From positions 32,001-96,000 of the IMG/VR virus record IMGVR_UViG_3300020112_001004: a stretch of DNA of 64,000 bases. One strand, given 5' to 3'. Source of the DNA: a virus (taxonomy: Duplodnaviria; Caudoviricetes). This document shows, one piece after another, positions 18,831 to 27,107 of the stretch. Within the stretch, counting starts at the first letter, position 1, and each line of letters begins with the position of its first letter. Under the pieces are notes generated by a model. It was given only the letters and a program-made list of their open reading frames with translations. It made no database searches and was not told the origin of the DNA. A program made the translations under genes and the position numbers.

Positions 18831-20015
18831 ATGGGAATAGTAAGAACTATACTACTATATTTACAATATTACTTATTAGGTAGTTTTATTGTCAGTTTAA
18901 TAATTTCTTTAATAGGAATTAAAAAACCAAAGAAGATATACTATAGGTCTTTTGAAGAGAAAAATTCTTATCTTATATTAATACCAGCCCATAATGAAGA
19001 ACAGGTTATAGAAAAAAATTTAGATAAAATATATAATTGTAGTTACGATAGAAGAAAATTAAGAGTCGTAGTATGTTGCGATAATTGCACGGATAACACT
19101 ATAAAGGTAGTAAAAAGGTTTGCAAATTCTCACGAAGATTTAGATATAATAACCACAGAGGTGAACGGTGGGACTAAAGGTAAGAATTTAGAGTTAAGTG
19201 TTGAATGGCTTATAGAACATGGGTTATATGATAAAGACAATGTGGTTGTAATAGATGCAGATAATAATATATCTAGCACAATGTTTAATTGTTTTAATTA
19301 CTGGAACATTAAAGGAGAAAAAATAGTACAAGTCGCAATAAGAAGTTTAAACGAAGAGAGTTTTATAGCAAAAGGATTCACGGCTTCTTTCTCCTCAATG
19401 AATGTAGGACACCAATTGGCTAGAATGAGATTAGGTTTATCTGGGTCTTTGTGTGGAACATGTTTTTCAGTGGAGAGAGAATTGTTTTTAAAAGAATTTT
19501 TAAAATGCCAATCTTTAACAGAAGATTTAGAGGCATCAATAGAATGTATATGCAAAGGATATAAAATAAAATTTGACATAAATGAATACGTATTAAATGA
19601 GAATCTTGATAAATTAAAACCAGCAAATAAGCAAAGAATAAGATGGAACAAAGGTCATATAAATGTAATGTTAACAAAATCCATAAAACTAATGAAATAT
19701 TTTTTTAAAAATCCAGTACAAGCCATAGATAGTTTACATTTCATAACTTCGCCCCTAAGATACGTTTTGTTTGTAGTAGGGGTTGTCCTAGGAGTGGTTG
19801 TTAAACCGGTTATTAGTAAGAACATTTTAATAATATCCCTATTATCCTTAATAATATATTTGTTGCATACATTGTATTGTGTAAACTTTAAGATAAGATA
19901 TTTATTACCTAGTATTTGGTATAGCATAACTATGATATATTGTATGATGGTGGCAGTGTTTGACTATAGAAATAAAACTTGGGCGAAAACAAAGCATGTT
20001 GGTCAACAAGGGTAA
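18831..20015 (+). CDS. Membrane-bound GT2 processive-type glycosyltransferase
   Basis: IPAHNEE, DNCTD, DAD, TEDLE, KQRIRW; N- and C-terminal TM helices. Confidence 0.9.
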   Translation: MGIVRTILLYLQYYLLGSFIVSLIISLIGIKKPKKIYYRSFEEKNSYLILIPAHNEEQVIEKNLDKIYNCSYDRRKLRVVVCCDNCTDNTIKVVKRFANSHEDLDIITTEVNGGTKGKNLELSVEWLIEHGLYDKDNVVVIDADNNISSTMFNCFNYWNIKGEKIVQVAIRSLNEESFIAKGFTASFSSMNVGHQLARMRLGLSGSLCGTCFSVERELFLKEFLKCQSLTEDLEASIECICKGYKIKFDINEYVLNENLDKLKPANKQRIRWNKGHINVMLTKSIKLMKYFFKNPVQAIDSLHFITSPLRYVLFVVGVVLGVVVKPVISKNILIISLLSLIIYLLHTLYCVNFKIRYLLPSIWYSITMIYCMMVAVFDYRNKTWAKTKHVGQQG

Positions 20016-20066
20016 CAATTTAAAACGAGTTGGTAATAATGTAATATAAATAATTTGGAGGTTGAA

Positions 20067-21617
20067 ATGAATAGAAAACAAGAAACATTTAATTCAGTAA
20101 ACGAAAATATAAAAGCATTAGCAAGTTTATTTCCATCAGCAGTTAAAGATGGACAAGTAGATTTTGAAGCGCTAAAAGAGGAGTTAGGTCAATTTGAAGA
20201 AGTTGAAAAAGAAAAGTATGAATTAATGTGGTCTGGAAAACAGAACGCTAAAAAACAAGCACAACAAGAAGTTTTAGGAAAGACATTAAAGTATGTACCA
20301 GAAGACAGCAAAAACCCAGAAACAACAGAAAATCTTTATATAGAAGGAGATAACCTAGAGGTATTAAAACTTTTAAGACAAGACTATTATAGTTCTATAA
20401 GGATAATTTATATTGACCCACCTTATAATACTGGAAACGATTTTGTGTATAATGATAATTTTTCAATGGCTAAAGGAGAAAGTGATATTGCAGAGGGGAA
20501 TACTTCAGACTTAGGTGAAAGGTGTATAGCAAACAAAGACACCAACAACAAATGTCATGCAAATTGGCTTAATATGATATACCCAAGACTTAAAATTGCT
20601 AGGGACTTATTAACAGATGACGGTGTTATATTTATATCTATTGACGATAGTGAACAAGATAGCTTGAAAAAAATTTGTAATGAAATATTTGGTGAAGAAA
20701 ATTTTGTAGGAACATTTTTAAGAAAAACTTCATATGGGGAAAAAACAGCCAAACCTAAAATTAATAGACATCATGAGTATCTTTATATTTATTCAAAAAA
20801 TATCAGTACTTTATCACAATGTGATATTATACACGGAAAGAAAAAGACATTTTCTGATTATAGCAATCCAGACAATGACCCTAATGGGGATTGGAAAAAA
20901 GATTCTTATTTGATAAAAATTGATACAGGGAGACAAGGATTGGCAAGATATAAAATAACAAATCCTTATCTAAATATAACCCATTATCCACCAGTTTATT
21001 ATAATGAATCAAACAGAAAACAATGGCATTATGTGGAAGAAACTTTCAATAGAATGGTAAGTGAGGGTAGGGTTGTATTCTATAAAACAAAAGAAGAAAT
21101 GGGTAATAGTGAATATAGTTTTTTCATAAAAAAATATAAGAAAGATGTTAATGAAATATATAATAATTTGAGTACTATTGAATTTATAGATAATGATTTT
21201 ATTAATGCTAAAGGTACAGATAGTTTAAAAACTCTTTTTGCCGATGTTAATGTTTTTAGCAATTCTTATCCTAAACCTTTAACTTTTATAAAAAAAATAA
21301 TTACTTCAATAAAAGAAAATGAAAACTCAATAATACTAGATTTTTTCAGTGGCTCTTCAACTACAGCACACGCAGTTATGCAACTTAATGCAGAGGATGG
21401 TGGTAATCGTAAATTTATAATGGTTCAACTTCCAGAAGAAACTTCTAAGGAATCGGAGGCTTATAAAGCTGGATATAAAAATATCTGTGAAATTGGCAAA
21501 GAGCGTATTAGACGTGCTGGTGAAAAGATAAAAGAAGAAAACAAGGATAAAGAGGGAATAGAGGGTTTAGATATAGGTTTTAAGGTATTTAGAGTGGAGG
21601 ATAGTGAAAATGAATAA
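20067..21617 (+). CDS. Type III R-M Mod-like adenine DNA methyltransferase (orphan)
   Basis: IEGDNLEVLK, YIDPPYNTG, YPKP, ILDFFSGSSTTAHAV, RKFIMVQ; no Res gene adjacent. Confidence 0.9.
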   Translation: MNRKQETFNSVNENIKALASLFPSAVKDGQVDFEALKEELGQFEEVEKEKYELMWSGKQNAKKQAQQEVLGKTLKYVPEDSKNPETTENLYIEGDNLEVLKLLRQDYYSSIRIIYIDPPYNTGNDFVYNDNFSMAKGESDIAEGNTSDLGERCIANKDTNNKCHANWLNMIYPRLKIARDLLTDDGVIFISIDDSEQDSLKKICNEIFGEENFVGTFLRKTSYGEKTAKPKINRHHEYLYIYSKNISTLSQCDIIHGKKKTFSDYSNPDNDPNGDWKKDSYLIKIDTGRQGLARYKITNPYLNITHYPPVYYNESNRKQWHYVEETFNRMVSEGRVVFYKTKEEMGNSEYSFFIKKYKKDVNEIYNNLSTIEFIDNDFINAKGTDSLKTLFADVNVFSNSYPKPLTFIKKIITSIKENENSIILDFFSGSSTTAHAVMQLNAEDGGNRKFIMVQLPEETSKESEAYKAGYKNICEIGKERIRRAGEKIKEENKDKEGIEGLDIGFKVFRVEDSENE

Positions 21618-22104
21618 TATAAAGTTTAAACAAACAATGAGATTTTATGGAGAGCCAAAGCTTAAAAAACCTGTTGAGTTAAAAGGAGTAAAGAAAAACT
21701 TTTCGGTAGATTATATACCTAAAAAATGTAAGTGCGACGTATATATAGTAGGTAATAATATATGGGTAATGCATAGGGATTATTTTAGCCCTAGCCTAGA
21801 ACTAAAAGAAGAAGATATAGGTGCTCCATTAAGTGTGTTATGTGAAAAGTATTTGGAAAAAAACAGGGGTAAAAAATTTGTATATGATGACGCTTGGGGT
21901 GATATAGTCCTTAAAAACGAGGCTTGGATATGTATAGAAAACGTAGTTGAGTTTGCTAAAAATAACTTGCCATACAAAACAGTTTCAGAGGTTATTTCTC
22001 AACAGGAAAGAATAAATGGATTTGAAGAATATGAATTGGTGGGGACATGTATGGAAAGAATGTGGGAAAGTATATTTGCTAGAATTTACAAGGTAACAAT
22101 TTAA
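21610..22104 (+). CDS. Hypothetical protein coupled to the methylase gene
   Basis: GGAGG RBS, overlaps the mod stop. Confidence 0.7.
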   Translation: MNNIKFKQTMRFYGEPKLKKPVELKGVKKNFSVDYIPKKCKCDVYIVGNNIWVMHRDYFSPSLELKEEDIGAPLSVLCEKYLEKNRGKKFVYDDAWGDIVLKNEAWICIENVVEFAKNNLPYKTVSEVISQQERINGFEEYELVGTCMERMWESIFARIYKVTI

Positions 22105-22195
22105 AACGAGCTGATAATAATATAATATAAGGAGGAGTAATCCCCCTAGTACATACTTGCCTAAAGGTGGGTAAATAATTTAAGGGAGATTAATA

Positions 22196-22828
22196 ATGGG
22201 AGTCAAAGAAATAAATCAATTAATAGCCAAACTCGAGGACGAGTTTAACGCTACAGAGAGAGCCACGCCAAGGAAGTATGATTCTGATTGGAAGCTTCAC
22301 CTTGTAGTAGAGAAATATTACTATGTCAACTGTAGATTAAGAGATATTATAACCACTGAGGAAGGGTTAAGAGAGGCTTATTATCAAGTATATCTGAAGT
22401 TGTTTTCTATTTATCTAAAGCGTTTAGTCAAAAAGAACTATAGTGGATTACTATACGAGATAAAATATCTTTGTTGGGTTATTGAGTTTAAGAATGATTT
22501 TTTTGTTGAGAATTGTTGCTCCAGAAAGGGCGTTCTTTGGGTTGTCAAATATAATAATCCTACTAATTACTTAACCAAAGAGCATGGTTACTGTGGTTAT
22601 GATATAACTAGAACACCTTCGGATTACTCGGAGGATATTCTAAAGGAAGCAGTCCAAGTGGTTTATAGTATGATTGGTGGACAGTTTGATAAACAAGTAT
22701 ATAAGGATAAAGCAGTGTTAGAACAACCTACAGAGGAGGGATGGCATAAACTTGTCATGTATTGTTTAGATTATTTCCAAGAGGGGAAATTAAAAGACGA
22801 ATTATACCTTGAGTGCATGTTAAGTTAA
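22196..22828 (+). CDS. Hypothetical protein with family-like C-terminus (DELYLECMLS)
   Basis: RBS, leader element upstream, terminal motif similar to the paralog family. Confidence 0.7.
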   Translation: MGVKEINQLIAKLEDEFNATERATPRKYDSDWKLHLVVEKYYYVNCRLRDIITTEEGLREAYYQVYLKLFSIYLKRLVKKNYSGLLYEIKYLCWVIEFKNDFFVENCCSRKGVLWVVKYNNPTNYLTKEHGYCGYDITRTPSDYSEDILKEAVQVVYSMIGGQFDKQVYKDKAVLEQPTEEGWHKLVMYCLDYFQEGKLKDELYLECMLS

Positions 22829-22946
22829 TAGCCTACGGTGTCGATAGGTAACAATTTAAAATAAGTTGATAATAATATAATATAAGGAGGAGCAATCCTC
22901 CAGTACATATCTGCTTTTAGCAGATAATAATTCAAGGAGTGATTAT

Positions 22947-25166
22947 ATGGATAATAATAATAATTTAATTTATATTGAAGCTGGGGAGTTCGTAGATGAA
23001 CAACAAAGGGAATTCTCGACCTACACCACAATCCAAAGAGGATTGCCACAATTAGAAGATGGGTTGTTACCAGTTCAGAGAAAAATAGTTTATGGTATGT
23101 ACAAATCCAAGTTTAATTCTAAAAATAAATTTCATAAGTCCAATGAGCTAGTTGCGTCAGCGATGAGATACTATACGCATGGAGATACTGGATTGTATTT
23201 AGCAATATCTAAATTAACAAGTGGATATGAAGGGTTGTTATACCCTCTAGTAATCTCACACGGTATTTTTGGTAAAGCGTATAGCACAGCACCACCTAGT
23301 GCGATGAGATATACTTCTGGTAAACTATCTTCTTTTACAGAGGACGTTATGTTATCAGAATTATCTAAGAACTGTGTAGAATTTATATTAGATGAAGAAG
23401 ATTCTTTATCCCAACCTGTTACACTTCCTTCAGTAATACCGTATATATTGTTAAGAAGTGGTTTAGCTTTAGCTACGGGTTTTAACTCCATATTCCCAAG
23501 CTATAATTTAAAAGATTTAGTGGAGGCAACTAAAAAACTAATAGATAACCCAACCGAGGACGTGTTAAATCTTTTAGTGCCAGATTTTACAACCAAGGGT
23601 AAATTAATAAGAAATAAATCAGAATTAAGAAAAATATATGATACTGGTAAAGGGTCTATTGTCCTTCAATCAAGGTATGAATTTGACCCTAAGCAAAATG
23701 CTATAATAATAACAGAAATACCTTATAGTCCAATGATTAACAAAGAATCTTTGATACAAGAACTGGTAGATAAGATGGATAAGTATAAAGATATAATTGA
23801 TATAAAAGACGCTTCTGAATATGATGCCGTGAGCGATGAAGCCAAACTAGGGATAATGATTAAAGTTAAAAAAGGAGCCAACGTAGATTTGTTAATGAGA
23901 AGATTATTTAAAGCAACAAAACTTCAATCTTCTTTTGGAGTGAATCAAACCCTACTTGTTGATTTTCAACCTACGACATTAGGGACAAAAGATATAATAT
24001 TGAAATGGGTAGAACAAAGAGTTAAAACTTTAAAAAAGGGTATTGAACATGATTTGAACCAAAAGAATAAAAGAATGCATGTACTTGAGGGGTTAAGAAA
24101 GATTCTTCTAGATATAGATAAAGCTATTAAGGTTATAAGAAACACAGACAACGAAGTAGAGGAAGCTTTAGTTAAAGAGTTTGGAATAGATAAAGAACAA
24201 GCAGAGTTTATATCAAAAATACAACTAAAGAATATTAATAAGAAATATATTTTAAAACAACTTGAGGATATAGATAAACTTAAAGAAGAAATAAGTGGGA
24301 TAGAAGAGTTATTGTCTAGCGATGAAAAGGTTAAAAAGCTTATTAAGGAACAAATGGACGAAGTTGTTAAAAAGTATAACAGACCACGTTTAACAGAGAT
24401 TATAGATTATGACGTTACTGATGACCTAGAAGAAAAACATGAGATAGAAGAATATAATTGTAAAGTTATGGTAACAAAACAAGGTTATATTAAGAAAACC
24501 ATTAAAGGTGGTAATCATAATATTAAAGATGGGGATAGTGTTGTAGAAGAGTTATCTTGTAAAAATAGTGACATTGTTTATATATTCACCAAAGAAGGGG
24601 CTAGGTATAGAGTTAAAGTTTGGGAATTAAATCTAAAGAAGCCTAGTGATATTGGAGAGTATATAATTAAAGATGGAGAAGTGACTTATGTATTCATAGT
24701 AGATGAGTCAAAAGGTAAATTTATATCTGTTTATGGTAATGGTAAAGTGGCTTGTAGTCCTATTGAGTCTTATGCTAAAAAGAATAATAAAATAGTTAAT
24801 TGCAAAAATGGTGAACAAGATTTAGTAGATATGTATTATATACAAAAGGATATGAATTTAGGATTAATCAATAAAAATGGTAGATTATTAATAATTGGAA
24901 CTGAATTATTATCAATGCAAAAAGCCACCAATAGCCAAGGTGTAGTTGGTATAAATATCGACGACGAAATTGGAGAAGAAGTAGTTGGAGGCTTTTTGTT
25001 TGACGAAGCTGTTAATTTAACAATTAACACAACAAAAGGCAAGGAGTATCATTTGGGGCTAGGAGCCAAAGCAATGAGTAAATATAAGAAGGGAAGAGGC
25101 TCAAAAGGTTCTTTTGTAAAAGACAGATGTGAAGTTGTAGATTTTAAAATAGAAAAAGATGAATAA
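22947..25166 (+). CDS. Type IIA topoisomerase subunit A (GyrA/ParC-like)
   Basis: RGLP..EDGLLPVQR, HGD, SAMRYT catalytic Tyr, ITEIPY, degenerate C-terminal pinwheel repeats. Confidence 0.93.
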   Translation: MDNNNNLIYIEAGEFVDEQQREFSTYTTIQRGLPQLEDGLLPVQRKIVYGMYKSKFNSKNKFHKSNELVASAMRYYTHGDTGLYLAISKLTSGYEGLLYPLVISHGIFGKAYSTAPPSAMRYTSGKLSSFTEDVMLSELSKNCVEFILDEEDSLSQPVTLPSVIPYILLRSGLALATGFNSIFPSYNLKDLVEATKKLIDNPTEDVLNLLVPDFTTKGKLIRNKSELRKIYDTGKGSIVLQSRYEFDPKQNAIIITEIPYSPMINKESLIQELVDKMDKYKDIIDIKDASEYDAVSDEAKLGIMIKVKKGANVDLLMRRLFKATKLQSSFGVNQTLLVDFQPTTLGTKDIILKWVEQRVKTLKKGIEHDLNQKNKRMHVLEGLRKILLDIDKAIKVIRNTDNEVEEALVKEFGIDKEQAEFISKIQLKNINKKYILKQLEDIDKLKEEISGIEELLSSDEKVKKLIKEQMDEVVKKYNRPRLTEIIDYDVTDDLEEKHEIEEYNCKVMVTKQGYIKKTIKGGNHNIKDGDSVVEELSCKNSDIVYIFTKEGARYRVKVWELNLKKPSDIGEYIIKDGEVTYVFIVDESKGKFISVYGNGKVACSPIESYAKKNNKIVNCKNGEQDLVDMYYIQKDMNLGLINKNGRLLIIGTELLSMQKATNSQGVVGINIDDEIGEEVVGGFLFDEAVNLTINTTKGKEYHLGLGAKAMSKYKKGRGSKGSFVKDRCEVVDFKIEKDE

Positions 25167-25168
25167 TT

Positions 25169-25196
25169 TAAGGGGATTTAATCCCCTTATTTTTTT
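25169..25196 (+). terminator. Intrinsic terminator
   Basis: TAAGGGGAT-TTA-ATCCCCTTA then T7. Confidence 0.8.
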
Positions 25197-25279
25197 AATG
25201 AGAATAATTCTCATTAAAAAAAGTAACAAATAGTATAAATATGTATATAATATAATATAAAGATTAGGGGGTGTTTAGT

Positions 25280-25411
25280 ATGTTATTAATACTTTTACTT
25301 GGATTTATGATATGTTGTGTGACATTTGTAGTAGTGGCTACATTGTCTTTCATAGTGTTGTGGGGTGTGGTTTTGTGGATTAAGTTTTTCTTGAGTAAAT
25401 TGATAAAATAG
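25280..25411 (+). CDS. Small membrane peptide (43 aa)
   Basis: Promoter motif at 25223, GGGGGTG RBS, almost entirely hydrophobic sequence. Confidence 0.6.
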   Translation: MLLILLLGFMICCVTFVVVATLSFIVLWGVVLWIKFFLSKLIK

Positions 25412-25439
25412 GGTTAGGTACTTAATAAGTACCCAACCC
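25411..25439. terminator. Hairpin at the convergence of the two transcription arms
   Basis: GGGTTAGGTACTT-AAT-AAGTACCCAACCC between convergent genes. Confidence 0.6.
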
Positions 25440-25461
25440 AACACTTGATTACCTTTCTAGA

Positions 25462-26910
25462 TTACCCTAGCTCTACAAGTGTATTTTCTTCTATTAGCCA
25501 CTTACCATTAAAGCTTATAAGCTTAATGTTTTTATATCCAGCTTCTGCTATGGCTATATCTCTTAATAAAGTTCCTCCCTCTGTTTTTAATGATAGTGTT
25601 ATATTAGGCGCAGTTGTGTGTAAAACAAGATTTATAACTCTAGAATCATCTATAGAAGGTACTACTATGGAGGTGTTAGCCCCTAGGCTGTCTACAAATT
25701 GACTGCCCTCTCCAGATACACGCACCACATTATTCCTTATACTTAATTGTTTATTGTTAGGTTTATTTTTTAGAAGTTCCTCGTTTATACTAGCAACTAT
25801 CATATTACAGCCAGTAGGGTTTGGATTGTATCTTGAGTAAATAGGGTAGTTTCTTCCATTGTATACACGAGTTCTACCAGTTGGAGTTTTAGCGTCGGGG
25901 CTATCGAAGTCATAGTCTCCTTCGCAAGGGAAAAACATAACAAGACAAGGTTTGTTTACGCATCTGCAAACATATGGACATGATTCGTCGGGATATATTG
26001 TAAATTTTTTATTTTGGGTATAATCAAACCACCAAACGTCTCCATCAATATTACCACGACTGCAATAGATATAGTTGGAAGCAAAATCATTGGATTTATC
26101 TGCTCCAAATTCGTTTATTAACGCCAATCTAGTGTTATTGTAGGTAGAATCAGACACTTTTATAACTTGGTATTGGTGTAACATACAATCTTTGAAAAGA
26201 AAAAGATATTTTAAATTACCCTCTTCGTTTAAATATATTGATTTTACACATGTCTTAATTTGTTCAGCGTCCCACCTGTTTATGATTACTCCATCTTTAT
26301 ATAGCATCGGTCTAAGAATATTAAAATCTAAACTTAAAGTTTTTTTAACCCCTGTTATAGAATAATAGTTCACATTTAAAACAGTTCCAGTAAAACTGGT
26401 ATCGTCTATTTTTTCTATGAGATGCTTGTTTATATAATCACATTTTTTAGTAACAGTTATTTCCCTTATAGTAGAAAAACTTCCGTCTGCCTCTGTAACC
26501 AAAACGGTTGTAGAGTTTTTTTGGAAGAAAAGTATTTCTTCTTCTTCATCTATACCAATTAAGTCTCCTCCAGTAAAATTAATTTGCTGAGCTAAGTTGG
26601 TTTTTTGATTAATAACGATAGCCTTTCCAGTACTTAAAAAAAGAAAGATTTTATTTTTAAAAACAACAACACGTTTACTAAGTGGGTCTCCAGAACCAAT
26701 GTTTTCAACATACCCGTCTTTTGCAAAAACAGTTAAAGGAAGGTTTGTTATTACACTAGTTTTGTAATTCACGTCTTTTTTCAAGGTTGGGGAACACGCC
26801 CCAGCCTTATTTGTCAAATCTGGGGTATTTTTTGAATCAAAAATTAAAGTATTCGTTTTTAATTTTAATTCTCCTAGTTCTTTTTTTACCTCTCTTATTT
26901 CTTGTTCCAT
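25462..26910 (-). CDS. Hypothetical late protein (possible receptor-binding/beta-rich)
   Basis: 482 aa, last gene of late operon, beta-strand-rich. Confidence 0.6.
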   Translation of the reverse strand: MEQEIREVKKELGELKLKTNTLIFDSKNTPDLTNKAGACSPTLKKDVNYKTSVITNLPLTVFAKDGYVENIGSGDPLSKRVVVFKNKIFLFLSTGKAIVINQKTNLAQQINFTGGDLIGIDEEEEILFFQKNSTTVLVTEADGSFSTIREITVTKKCDYINKHLIEKIDDTSFTGTVLNVNYYSITGVKKTLSLDFNILRPMLYKDGVIINRWDAEQIKTCVKSIYLNEEGNLKYLFLFKDCMLHQYQVIKVSDSTYNNTRLALINEFGADKSNDFASNYIYCSRGNIDGDVWWFDYTQNKKFTIYPDESCPYVCRCVNKPCLVMFFPCEGDYDFDSPDAKTPTGRTRVYNGRNYPIYSRYNPNPTGCNMIVASINEELLKNKPNNKQLSIRNNVVRVSGEGSQFVDSLGANTSIVVPSIDDSRVINLVLHTTAPNITLSLKTEGGTLLRDIAIAEAGYKNIKLISFNGKWLIEENTLVELG

Positions 26911-27107
26911 ACTCTTCCTCCTCTTATGTTGCCAAGGAAATATTGAACTACATAATATTCAACATTCTCCTCAGTAACTTTTTCCATTTCTTCCCCTCTT
27001 AATACTATCACATGAGATGTTGCTTCAATTAAGGTGTCTCCAGTAAAAACAATTATTTCATTCATTTCTCTTAATATTTTTATTTTAATTATTTTATCTA
27101 ATGACAT
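26895..27107 (-). CDS. Small hypothetical protein
   Basis: GGAGG RBS, overlaps both neighbours. Confidence 0.55.
   Translation of the reverse strand: MSLDKIIKIKILREMNEIIVFTGDTLIEATSHVIVLRGEEMEKVTEENVEYYVVQYFLGNIRGGRVWNKK

Noticed and set aside
2005-22909. First hairpin of the TACATA element as a plain intrinsic terminator
   Set aside because: Mostly no U-tract, unlike the clear terminators at 18407 and 25169, and three copies lie immediately after a promoter-like motif.
2005-22930. Intergenic repeats as a CRISPR array or attC-type integron
   Set aside because: Repeats are separated by whole genes, vary in sequence, and no cas or integron integrase gene is in the window.
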